From an uncultured archaeon (GTDB taxonomy: Archaea; Asgardarchaeota; Thorarchaeia; Thorarchaeales; CAZPUN01), in NCBI GenBank assembly GCA_964589775.1, contig CAZPUN010000044.1:1-28668 (forward strand): 28,668 bases of DNA, read 5' to 3'. The notes below the pieces were generated by a model. The model did not search any database. It saw only the letters and a list, made by a program, of their open reading frames with translations, and was not told where the DNA came from. Both the position numbers and the translations under genes were made by a program. Shown one piece after another: positions 1-9,150 of the stretch; the stretch's first letter is position 1; each line of letters begins with the position of its first letter.

Positions 1-269
1 TCTGATTTATGTTTAAATTAATATGATTTCTCATCTCCATTTTTTAATTTTTTATAAAATTATAATTAAAATTTAAAAGAAAATTTTTTTGGTCCTATGA
101 TAAAAAATTAAAAAACATTGGGATTGCACCGGATTAAAAGATAAGCCTATTTAACAATTACTAAATTCATGCAAAAAATTTAATTATATGTTTATTACAA
201 AATATTTATTGAACAAGTATAATTGTATTTTTTAAGTTGCTATGAATCAAATTCAAATAAAAAAGAGGT

Positions 270-1700
270 ATGAATGTGTGCCCCCAAAGATCCGATTATG
301 AAAAAAAATCTACAATTGATACTGTAATAAAAAAGTACGACCCTTTATTTCCTCAAGTAGACGATCCTGACATTAATGAACTATTTCGTATGATCAAAAT
401 CTATTTTGCTCGATATGATGGCCTTATTGATGAGTCTAATATAATGTTGGGGCCCAAAACTAGCAGTATCGTTGTATTTAATCCCATTGATGCGCCATTA
501 GACGAAACATTATATGAGGGTTTGAAAACTCGCTTATCTGTAATTAAGAAATACAAAATAACTTCTCCAGACAGGATTTTAAGATTAATAAGAACGAGTT
601 TCTATACTGAAAACAAATTAACAGTTCCGGAGCATAAATTCCTTCGTGTCATTGTAAAGAATCCTCGCATGAGTTTTGTTGAAGTCAGCGATAAACTAAA
701 GATGAAGCGTAGTCTCGTTACGTATTATTACAAAAAGCTACACAAGAGTATTCTCTTAAGATACAGCGGCTACATTGATTTTACTCGTTTCAAGCTGAAC
801 AAATATTTAGTAATTGCCGAAGTTCCCGCTGACCTCGGAGCAATAAAGATCAGTAAAATGCTTTCGGCTCCATTTACAAAGTCCATGAATGCAGATACTG
901 CTACATCTGGGCAGAGTCAATGGATTTGGGCTTCTTATTTGATTCCTTCATATCCGAAATATGAAAATGAATTCAAAAAGAGTATTTCCCGAATTCTTGA
1001 TGAATATACAACAAATCATTTCATTACAGAAGTAATCAGTGGCGCTTACAGTGCGAATCTGGATCTATATGATACAGAGGGTTGGATCTTTCCTGATGGT
1101 TCGTGGCCCTATGGTCTGTTTAACATGGTTGAAGAGAACAAAGAAAACTTCGAATTGCCTAATCTTTTTGAACATAGTAACGATCCCGTCTATTTCGATA
1201 AGAAAGAATTCCTAATCGCAATGCTACTTAGTCATGACCTAAAAATCTCACGCGGAAAATTACTGGATGCATTGAAAACAAAAGACATTCGAATATCCGA
1301 ACCGACTCTTAGTAGGCTAATATACAAGCTTCTTAACAATGAGATAATTTATCCGTATGTATCATTTTCGGGACTTGGTCTTGAAGAATTAGTTTTGGTT
1401 GATATTCGTGGAACTGATGAAGCCGAGCAGGACATTTTATTACGCGGACTTGCACAATTTCCAATGTTCTTTGGAGCTATCTATATTGACGGTCTTACAG
1501 CATTCATAAAGGTCCCATTTGGTAGTGTAGGTCGTTTTCTCTATTTGTTCGAAGGTTTGCGTGATGACCACATAATTACAATATTTCACAGACTATACAA
1601 TCTGGGGTCCAAGTTGCCATATGATTTCGTTGATTTCTGGGATGAAGATCGTCAACGATGGACATTTCCAAAGGAATATTTCTCACTTAAGATGGAGTAA
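270..1700 (+). CDS. Tandem Lrp/AsnC-like winged-HTH transcriptional regulator with extra N-terminal domain
   Basis: Two AsnC-like HTH units: 'KFLRVIVKNPRMSFVEVSDKLKMKRSLVTYYYKKL...GYIDFTRFKL' and 'KKEFLIAMLLSHDLKISRGKLLDAL...ISEPTLSRLIYKLLNNEIIYPYVSFSGLGL'. Each is followed by a RAM-like alpha/beta segment. About 115 aa of unassigned N-terminus. Confidence 0.7.
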   Translation: MNVCPQRSDYEKKSTIDTVIKKYDPLFPQVDDPDINELFRMIKIYFARYDGLIDESNIMLGPKTSSIVVFNPIDAPLDETLYEGLKTRLSVIKKYKITSPDRILRLIRTSFYTENKLTVPEHKFLRVIVKNPRMSFVEVSDKLKMKRSLVTYYYKKLHKSILLRYSGYIDFTRFKLNKYLVIAEVPADLGAIKISKMLSAPFTKSMNADTATSGQSQWIWASYLIPSYPKYENEFKKSISRILDEYTTNHFITEVISGAYSANLDLYDTEGWIFPDGSWPYGLFNMVEENKENFELPNLFEHSNDPVYFDKKEFLIAMLLSHDLKISRGKLLDALKTKDIRISEPTLSRLIYKLLNNEIIYPYVSFSGLGLEELVLVDIRGTDEAEQDILLRGLAQFPMFFGAIYIDGLTAFIKVPFGSVGRFLYLFEGLRDDHIITIFHRLYNLGSKLPYDFVDFWDEDRQRWTFPKEYFSLKME

Positions 1701-1718
1701 TTCTCTCCCTTTTTTTTA
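1701..1718 (+). terminator. Probable oligo-T terminator
   Basis: Pyrimidine tract ending in a long T run (ttctctcccttttttt...) immediately after the stop codon, typical of archaeal intrinsic terminators. Confidence 0.45.
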
Positions 1719-1835
1719 TGAACTTTCTATAGTTATTCATTATTAGTATATCCTGAGTATATGATTCCCATATGATACACACTTTTTTGTAGATTTTTTG
1801 TAATCATAATTATGTGTATTTTAGGGAGGTTAATT

Positions 1836-2684
1836 ATGTCTATAAGAAAAGCGACTCTATACGACTTAGGCGATTTAATCAAGATATATGCTACAGCACC
1901 TGATATTGAGACCATACCTGATGAATTAGAAATTCGAAAGAAGAGAAAGGCGAAAGGATTTGAACGTGATGGCTGGCTATGTTTTGATGAAAATGGAAAA
2001 GTGGTTGGCGAAATAAACACCAGAATCGATATGTCGCCTAGATTTGGTAAGGTTGGTGTTATAACAAATATCGTTGTAGATTACGAATATCGTTCAAAAG
2101 GCATTGGTAAATCACTAATGGCTGCAGCAGAGGAACGATTTGTTGAGAAAGGCGCCTCCCGTATCTTCATAAATGCTCCCGTAAGTATATATAATTTCTT
2201 TATGAAATTGGGTTATTTCAGATATGACCAAGTCATTAAAGTTCGGAGTTCTCTTGAAAACCTCAAGAGTCTTCGACCACGGAATTTTGAAATGAATGAA
2301 TTGGATCTTCGTAAGCGATTGCGACCCTCGACAAGATTATTGAATTTGGGAGTTCCCGGGCAAATTTCAGAAGGCATTACCAATATGATGTCCGGCATGA
2401 GTAAAGGAAAGTTTTTCGAATTTAGAAAAGCTGGCATGTTTATTGGTATAGGTGCTATTTGGAATGTAGATGAGAGCACTGTACAAATAGCTGTAGATGT
2501 AGACAAGCATGGCTTAAAATATCTTCCAGCAATAATTGTAAAGACGTCCAAGGCCGCAAAAGATTATGGCGTTTCAAATATTGAGTCATACGTGTCATCA
2601 AGGGCAATGCAATATTTTTACAATGCTGGTAAATGGACTGAAGAAAATACTGACATTTTAATTCTTACAAAAATAATAAAATAA
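1836..2684 (+). CDS. GNAT-family N-acetyltransferase (N-terminal GNAT plus probable second, degenerate GNAT-like domain)
   Basis: Start 'MSIRKAT', acetyl-CoA motif A 'IVVDYEYRSKGIGKSLM' and 'NFFMKLGY'. ATG 1836 is preferred over 1812 because GGGAGGT lies 5 nt upstream. Confidence 0.85.
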   Translation: MSIRKATLYDLGDLIKIYATAPDIETIPDELEIRKKRKAKGFERDGWLCFDENGKVVGEINTRIDMSPRFGKVGVITNIVVDYEYRSKGIGKSLMAAAEERFVEKGASRIFINAPVSIYNFFMKLGYFRYDQVIKVRSSLENLKSLRPRNFEMNELDLRKRLRPSTRLLNLGVPGQISEGITNMMSGMSKGKFFEFRKAGMFIGIGAIWNVDESTVQIAVDVDKHGLKYLPAIIVKTSKAAKDYGVSNIESYVSSRAMQYFYNAGKWTEENTDILILTKIIK

Positions 2685-2700
2685 AAGAGTTTGAAGAGTT

Positions 2701-4296
2701 TCACTCTTCTTTTGCTTCTTCTTCAGGTTTTTCGATAAATGATTCAAGTATTCCGATGGCTATTATTTGGAATATGAATACTAAGCCAATACTCCAGACA
2801 CTTGCGAGATTTATGAACCAATATAGGTCTTCAAATGTATTGATACCCAAGGACCACATTAGTGCTGCAACGAAGATTGCATAGAATACTGAGGTCCATA
2901 CAACAAATTTCATTGGCTGTCCGCTTCGGAATCTTCTGAACATCAAGAACAATCCAATTCCAATAAGTACTATGAATGAGACGATCTCTGGAATTGTCAG
3001 GCTTGAAAATGCGATTTCGTGAGTTAAGGTGTATTCAAGTCCTTCTGGAGTTGTGATGACAACTTTGATTGTGTGTTTTGCTTCAGAATATTGTGTGGTA
3101 TCGATTGTGAACTGGAATAATCCCGAAGAAACTTCTGTGTTATTGTATGCAGGGATTATCTCGTCATCAATATACACGGTGACATTTACGCGTGGATAAT
3201 CCGAATTTATTTGGACTTGGAATGTTACTTGTCCTGAAACGACCCAATATGTGGGTCCTACCCATGTAGCATTTGGTTCATGATGATTATCAAATGTAAG
3301 AATTACTGTTTGATTCCATTTATGCACTGTACTATCGTGTAGAAAGATCTGAATTGTGTGGCGTCCATCATCATATTTTGTGGAATCGAATGAGATTATT
3401 TGGGTTCCATTTCCAATATGAATACCATTTACTTGGGGATCGGTTACATTATCTACTAATAGCCATGCACGATTATTGTCTGTAATTGCATCAACTCTTA
3501 ATGTAATGTTTACTATACCACTTACAATGTCATAGTTTTCATTTGAAGTGATTTTGAATCTGATATAGTCGAAAAAGTTTAGCATTGTAAAGTTACTATC
3601 TGTTAAGCCCTCCATAGTTCTTACGACAACTGAGACGTTGTGTTCGCCATTTGAGTATCTGCTTGCGTTGATTGCTGCATTGTATATTCCAGATGGTACG
3701 ACTGTGACATTATATTCCGGAGTTATTTTTTGATCAACGTATACTGATAGATTTACTTGAGCATAATCTGAAGAAATATTTAATGTCAGGTTAAAAAGTC
3801 CAGTAACTCTGCTACCTTCTGCAGGACCTAATATTTCAACTTGTGGGGCTTCATGGTTGTTAAGGAACACTTCAACTACTACATGTGTGAGGTGTCCATA
3901 TGAATCTATAAACCAATTATCAATTAATGCTTGTCCGTCTCTATAATCTGTAGTATTAATTAAGACGAAGACGGTTCCATTATTAATCGTCCTATTAATA
4001 TAATCTGAAACGTAATGTCCTTGAACAGCCACAGTAAGGTTCAGAGGGCTATATGTAGAATGGACTTCGAATGTAATATTCAGTAAGCCCTTTATGTCTA
4101 CTGAGTGATTGGTTGGAGATATTAATGTCACATTTATATGGGGGTCATATTCTAATGATAGAACTTTATTATTTACTTCAAAATTATTGTAGCTACCTGA
4201 ATTTGTCATATATGGCACATTCATTTGAGTTGGTAGCAACGTGAATATAATTCCGGTAATGAGTATTATGCTGAGCAATCTGGTGAGAGTCTTCAT
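2701..4296 (-). CDS. Cell-surface glycoprotein with four Ig-like (Big-type) repeats and three C-terminal TM helices
   Basis: N-terminal signal peptide; four ~95-aa beta-rich repeats each with (D/N)xxxYx(D/N)GxHx-like motifs (NTTDYRDG, NASRYSNGEH, DSTKYDDGRH, DTTQYSEAKH); many N-x-S/T sequons; three hydrophobic helices and an acidic tail. Confidence 0.75.
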   Translation of the reverse strand: MKTLTRLLSIILITGIIFTLLPTQMNVPYMTNSGSYNNFEVNNKVLSLEYDPHINVTLISPTNHSVDIKGLLNITFEVHSTYSPLNLTVAVQGHYVSDYINRTINNGTVFVLINTTDYRDGQALIDNWFIDSYGHLTHVVVEVFLNNHEAPQVEILGPAEGSRVTGLFNLTLNISSDYAQVNLSVYVDQKITPEYNVTVVPSGIYNAAINASRYSNGEHNVSVVVRTMEGLTDSNFTMLNFFDYIRFKITSNENYDIVSGIVNITLRVDAITDNNRAWLLVDNVTDPQVNGIHIGNGTQIISFDSTKYDDGRHTIQIFLHDSTVHKWNQTVILTFDNHHEPNATWVGPTYWVVSGQVTFQVQINSDYPRVNVTVYIDDEIIPAYNNTEVSSGLFQFTIDTTQYSEAKHTIKVVITTPEGLEYTLTHEIAFSSLTIPEIVSFIVLIGIGLFLMFRRFRSGQPMKFVVWTSVFYAIFVAALMWSLGINTFEDLYWFINLASVWSIGLVFIFQIIAIGILESFIEKPEEEAKEE

Positions 4297-4624
4297 GCCG
4301 TCCTCATCCTCAATTTTCTCAAGTTTTTATTGATTGTAGGGCATATTTTTACCCTAAAATTTCTTTTGTTTTTTTTGCTAATATTTGGCGCACTTGGGAT
4401 ATTTGAGATCATATCCAATTCTTCATTAAGATATTTCTTTCCTTAATGAAGTTTGAATACAGGTGCGTCTTTTTTCTTATTTGATTTTTCATATCGACTT
4501 ATAGGTCGATTGAATTCTCAAGCATTTATTTATTTTCTTAAGTGTAATTTTTCATCGATTTATCTTATACACTACCGCCTAAATATCTCAATCCCTTTAA
4601 AAGGTTGCTGTGCTAAATCCCTTT

Positions 4625-5038
4625 TTATACTATTGGTAATTTTTGTACTTCCACATGATTTATGTCATTTACAGATTTGAGATCATATTCTATTGACTCA
4701 TAATTTATATTGTCTCTTGGAGCAACCAGTACTTCATATTCACATTTATCTTTCATTTTGCAAAATCCTGTGGAAAACATCACTTTCAATTCGTATTTGC
4801 TCCATAGTTTCATTAATGAGTCCAGAAGCCTTGGTGTAACGCCTGCAGTCTCTATTTTTATTCTTAATGCCTCATTAGAATCTATAGGAATTATTCTTAT
4901 CTCTTTGGACTTTTCCAAAAAAACGATTAAACTTGCCTTTCCACCGGGGAACGGATTATCAAAAATTGAAGTTTCTATCTTTAATATTCTATCGTATGGT
5001 TTTGTAGTTACTATTCCTTTAATCAACTTCGCACGCAC
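4625..5038 (-). CDS. Small protein with probable C-terminal ACT-like domain
   Basis: The C-terminal ~80 aa has a beta-alpha-beta-beta-alpha-beta pattern (LRIKIE..PRLLDSLMKLWSKYELKVMFSTG..YEVLV..IEYDLKSVNDINHVEVQKL). GTG start; start position uncertain. Confidence 0.55.
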   Translation of the reverse strand: MRAKLIKGIVTTKPYDRILKIETSIFDNPFPGGKASLIVFLEKSKEIRIIPIDSNEALRIKIETAGVTPRLLDSLMKLWSKYELKVMFSTGFCKMKDKCEYEVLVAPRDNINYESIEYDLKSVNDINHVEVQKLPIV

Positions 5039-5179
5039 CTGTATTGTTGTACATATTTACAATGTAAACTACTAATTAAATATTTTTCCAATAATTGCTT
5101 TACAATTGTATAATATATTTTTAAAAAATCAAAATTTGTATATTATTTGGCATTCTAAAAGTATTACCTATTCCAAAGC

Positions 5180-5187
5180 TTTATAAA
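5180..5187 (+). promoter_or_regulatory. Probable TATA box for rpo5
   Basis: TTTATAAA preceded by a purine-rich AAAG, about 50 nt upstream of ATG 5237. Confidence 0.45.
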
Positions 5188-5236
5188 TCTCCTATTAGGA
5201 ATTCATTATAGTTAACTGAAAAAAGGCTGATTTTGT

Positions 5237-5809
5237 ATGAGCGATATAGATCTCACGGACCGGCTTAAAATATTAGTGGAAAAGACTATAAAACTATTAG
5301 AACTCAGGAAATATAGAGTATATTCCGAAGATACTGACAAAATTCCTGCAGAGATTTTAGCCGAGAGTACAGATCCTCGCAAGCCCGGTAAATATGTGAT
5401 TTGGGTTTATCCCGAGACAAAGACAATTGGTGTTGCTGGTATTCGTGAATTAAAGAAAGCCATTGACGAAGAAGGCGCCGATAGAGGTATGATTGTTGGG
5501 ATTCAACGCCTTACACCTGCCGCTGTAAGAGAATCTCGTGCATACAATATTGAGCTGGTCAGAGGCGGATTTGCATCATTTAGTCTTCTCAGTCATGAGC
5601 TTGTACCGAAGCATGAAATACTCACGCCTGAAGAAGTACGAGAACTTCTTCAAAAATACGGTATTACAAAGGATAAACTACCCAGAATTTTCGAAAGTGA
5701 CCCTGCGGCGAAGATAATTGGTGCCAAGCCCGGTGATGTTTTGAAAATCACTAGAAAGAGCGATGTTTCAGGTATATCCATTTATTATCGCGTTGTTGTT
5801 TCAGAGTGA
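5237..5809 (+). CDS. rpoH: DNA-directed RNA polymerase subunit Rpo5/H, long eukaryote-like (RPB5) form with N-terminal restriction-endonuclease-fold jaw domain
   Basis: C-terminal signature 'HELVPKHEIL..E..ELL.KY....LPRI..SDP.A...GAKPGDV.KITRKS..SG...YYRVV'. The N-terminal ~110 aa resembles Mrr/RPB5-N ('IGVAGIRELKKAIDEEGADRGMIVG...LTPAA...NIELV'). Confidence 0.93.
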   Translation: MSDIDLTDRLKILVEKTIKLLELRKYRVYSEDTDKIPAEILAESTDPRKPGKYVIWVYPETKTIGVAGIRELKKAIDEEGADRGMIVGIQRLTPAAVRESRAYNIELVRGGFASFSLLSHELVPKHEILTPEEVRELLQKYGITKDKLPRIFESDPAAKIIGAKPGDVLKITRKSDVSGISIYYRVVVSE

Positions 5810-5955
5810 AGCATTTATTTTTTCATTTTTTATCTGGTCGCCCAATACCTCTTAAAATCACTTTCCATATACCTTATATTTTTATATTTGTATTATAATC
5901 ATATACTGTTGAAAAGCAGCCCACATGGTTCGCGGATTGAAATGAGGAAAAAGCA

Positions 5956-6801
5956 ATGCAGAATCTTTCAGATGCCCATATTCTAAGTGTCGTGATTATA
6001 TTATTGATGATTACTGCTGTTCCAATTAATGTAAGTGCAAGTGGGCATGGTATGGATACTTCAAACATTAAATTGACATATCATTGTAGCGTTGAAAACC
6101 GCATTGTTAGTGATAATAAGGTTGAAAAATCAATTTTATATGGTCTGGTAGGAATCACCGTGTTAAATTTATCTGGTTCGCATGATGAAATCATAGAGAT
6201 CAATGAAGTATATTTAAATGAAAATACAACTTCACTCATAAAAAACAGCACACGATATATTAACGCACATGAATCCCATTTAAAGCTAAATATGTCTATT
6301 GTTGATTCTGATATGAATGGATATGCAGATCATATCTTCGTTATGCTTGAAAATACTTCGTGGTGGAATGGCGAAGGTATATGGTATCTAGATAAAAATT
6401 GGGATGTTGATAGTTCCGATTGGATAAATATTACTTCAAAATTTGCTCAACAACCATTGATTAAGTCTATTAGGACTGAAATAAATGAGGGCCTTTATCA
6501 TTTTGAAATATCTGTTTTCAGTGAATTTGATTTTAATAATGATACAATAAAAGAGCGTGGAATAACAACAATTAGAGAAACTGCACATTATGCTTATTCG
6601 GGTTGGTTAAATTATTACATTCACAAAGAAACTACCGAAATCTGTGATGGGATAAACACATGGTATGCTGAACGAACAATTCTCATACAGCTTGACGGCA
6701 CATTATCTCCACCAGAGATCATGGCACTTCAACAAAATAGCATATATTTACTTGGTGCTCTAATAATATTTATTATAATATTGGTGAAAAGAAAGAAATA
6801 G
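5956..6801 (+). CDS. Secreted, C-terminally anchored surface protein of unknown function
   Basis: Signal peptide ending near 'VSA-S'; beta-rich body; DxDxNG-type loop 'DSDMNGYAD'; C-terminal TM helix followed by KRKK. Confidence 0.65.
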   Translation: MQNLSDAHILSVVIILLMITAVPINVSASGHGMDTSNIKLTYHCSVENRIVSDNKVEKSILYGLVGITVLNLSGSHDEIIEINEVYLNENTTSLIKNSTRYINAHESHLKLNMSIVDSDMNGYADHIFVMLENTSWWNGEGIWYLDKNWDVDSSDWINITSKFAQQPLIKSIRTEINEGLYHFEISVFSEFDFNNDTIKERGITTIRETAHYAYSGWLNYYIHKETTEICDGINTWYAERTILIQLDGTLSPPEIMALQQNSIYLLGALIIFIIILVKRKK

Positions 6802-6859
6802 AAAATAAACATATATATTATTGTTCAAAAAAATTAAAATTCATCGGGATGATTATTAA

Positions 6860-7930
6860 ATGTGGTTATTGGGAATACTGGTAGTTGAAACAATATTCAT
6901 ATTGCTATACATCAGAGCCAGTTATTTCCATTTAAAATCTTATGGCGATTTTGACCGTATTAATATATTTTTGCGAGATCTGCTCGTGTTATTGTTTGTA
7001 TTCATTTATTATTTATATTGCATATTTTATACATTTGGGGTTGATGTTACAATCTCCAATATTATTATTGATATTGTTTCTACACTCGCAATTTTTATAT
7101 TTCTGTATTCTGAAGGATACTTCTTTGAATTTCAAAAATTAGAATATTGGCTAACTATTTATTTTGGTTTTGGATTTACCATATCTTTATACTTGTTACG
7201 GCTTGTATTTTTTGATAATACTTTTTATTTACCTAATTTTGATATGATATCCCATGTTCAAGTCTATGGTTCTATCATAATATTATTTATTGTTTCTCTT
7301 AATCATATTTATGCGGCATACAAATTCAAAAAGAAACGATACAAGGATTTTATTTCTTTATTTATTATTAATTTAGGCATATTATTCACTCCTACTTCTA
7401 GGCACATTCAATTTATGAATTCAGATGTTGAAATGATAAAAAGCATTATTTTATTCGCTCTAATTATTGTATTTTTGCCAAGAATGCTAAATCTTGAATT
7501 CATGACGCATCTTAATCTATACATGATTTCAATTTCGAGTAAAAATGGAGATTTCTTTTATATACTTAATTTTCTAAAATCAAAGATTTCTAATAAAGAA
7601 CTTGTACCATTTGTTGCTTCATCTTTCAATGCATTGGAGAATTTTTCATCAAAACAGCCCATTAAAATGATTCATATGGCGAATTATACAATTTTTTCTA
7701 ATAATGACGAAATTGTAAACATATTCATAATTATTGATCGTCCCACTAAAATTATACATACGATTTTTAAGCGATTAAATTCTCCAAAATTAGCAGCTAT
7801 TGTCGATAAAGAAATATTTCACGATGATTATGAAATGCAAAAATCTGTCATTCGTTCATTAATTCAAAAAGCATTCTATCCATATACAAAAATTAATACT
7901 AAAAATGATTTTATATATCGAATAGAATAG
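6860..7930 (+). CDS. 7-TM membrane protein with C-terminal longin/roadblock-like cytoplasmic domain
   Basis: Seven hydrophobic segments in aa 1-207, then a soluble domain from ~aa 218: 'LYMISISSKNGDFFY...ELVPFVASSFNALENF...IKMIHMANYTIF...IFIIID', matching the beta-beta-alpha-beta-beta-beta-alpha longin-like order. Confidence 0.6.
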   Translation: MWLLGILVVETIFILLYIRASYFHLKSYGDFDRINIFLRDLLVLLFVFIYYLYCIFYTFGVDVTISNIIIDIVSTLAIFIFLYSEGYFFEFQKLEYWLTIYFGFGFTISLYLLRLVFFDNTFYLPNFDMISHVQVYGSIIILFIVSLNHIYAAYKFKKKRYKDFISLFIINLGILFTPTSRHIQFMNSDVEMIKSIILFALIIVFLPRMLNLEFMTHLNLYMISISSKNGDFFYILNFLKSKISNKELVPFVASSFNALENFSSKQPIKMIHMANYTIFSNNDEIVNIFIIIDRPTKIIHTIFKRLNSPKLAAIVDKEIFHDDYEMQKSVIRSLIQKAFYPYTKINTKNDFIYRIE

Positions 7931-7975
7931 TAATTTTTATAATATGATTAAAAACATAATATACTTGGTGTATTT

Positions 7976-9085
7976 ATGAGCGACTTTGTTTATGGGATTA
8001 CAATATTATTCATCGGTATTGCATCAATACTAATTATAACAATACATAAAGAATCAAAATTAAATATATGGCCTGACGGTCGCTTTATAATAAACACTAG
8101 TATTACTTTTGGCTCTATTGCATCGATCTTAATTGGTATTTTTGAAATCTATGAATCTATTCCCGTATTACTGTTTGCAATATTTTTCTCTGGCTTATCA
8201 ATTTCATTTATATTTGGTGGATTTATTAACTTAAATCGAGAAAAGGTATTCCGTCAGTTAATTGGATTTATTGGTATTACTTCTGGATTTATGAACGCGT
8301 TATTATTATTTACACCACTCAAGGTATTATATGATAATTTAAAAATTGGTATATTTCCCGGTCATGCGTTTCTATCACTTATATTTTATACTCTTTTTCT
8401 AGTAGGTATAATAAAAATTTTTTATATAATTGATTTATACTCTTATTCATATAAACAATATTTTCGTGTTTATTTGTTATTTTCATTATATGCGTTATGT
8501 ATTTTCATATTGCCATCAATAATATTTTTTAATTTGTTTTATTCCCCAAGCTTAATTTGGATTACTGCGTCTGAATTTAGTTTTTCACTTGGTTGGCTAT
8601 TCTTAAGTTTGCTTACTCTTGATGAAAATATATTACAAGTATTTCTTCCCTTTGTGGATTTATATTTTGTACAAGCTAACATTGCGGGCGGAATTAATCT
8701 TTTTACAATTTCATATAAAAAAACAGACCTCGATTTTGATTTTGTTTCTGCTTTAGTATCTTCATTAAACAATGCATTGGAAATGATTATTCCTGAGACT
8801 GAGTATTTTGTTTATACGATCTCACTTCACGATAAGATATTATTGGTGATACATAATCCAAAATCTCCATTGTATTATGTAGCAGCTGCAAAATCCTATC
8901 CTGTTAATTTAAAAATTGCAGCTCACAATCTTCTTCTCAAGGAAAGTATGATTCTAGATGAATTGTCGCAAAGCGATATATTTTCTATGTCACCGGAGCT
9001 TACAACCAAGATACTTGAAATTCTTCTTGACAGCTTTGGTAAGCGTTTGGGCTTTAAAATTGTTGAGAGTGTGGCTAATTTCTAA
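7976..9085 (+). CDS. 7-TM membrane protein with C-terminal longin/roadblock-like cytoplasmic domain
   Basis: Seven hydrophobic segments, then from ~aa 227 'LYFVQANIAGGINLFT...DFDFVSALVSSLNNALEMI...YTISLHDKILLV...YYVAAA'. Same architecture as the upstream gene. Confidence 0.62.
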   Translation: MSDFVYGITILFIGIASILIITIHKESKLNIWPDGRFIINTSITFGSIASILIGIFEIYESIPVLLFAIFFSGLSISFIFGGFINLNREKVFRQLIGFIGITSGFMNALLLFTPLKVLYDNLKIGIFPGHAFLSLIFYTLFLVGIIKIFYIIDLYSYSYKQYFRVYLLFSLYALCIFILPSIIFFNLFYSPSLIWITASEFSFSLGWLFLSLLTLDENILQVFLPFVDLYFVQANIAGGINLFTISYKKTDLDFDFVSALVSSLNNALEMIIPETEYFVYTISLHDKILLVIHNPKSPLYYVAAAKSYPVNLKIAAHNLLLKESMILDELSQSDIFSMSPELTTKILEILLDSFGKRLGFKIVESVANF

Positions 9086-9150
9086 AATGCACAAAGTTAA
9101 AAACAAAATTTGTATATTTCAAAAATAACTAATTTCAGAGGTGTGTCGCT

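Noticed and set aside
4453-4680. 75-aa plus-strand ORF in the intergenic gap
   Set aside because: TTG start without SD, low-complexity composition, and it overlaps the end of the ACT-like gene.
4401-4688. 14-bp direct repeat ATTTGAGATCATAT at 4401-4414 and 4675-4688
   Set aside because: AT-rich, only two copies, one inside a CDS; compatible with chance and not CRISPR-like.
6860-9085. 7-TM proteins as rhodopsins or true GPCRs
   Set aside because: No mid-TM7 retinal Lys motif and no GPCR signature motifs; seven helices alone do not show homology.
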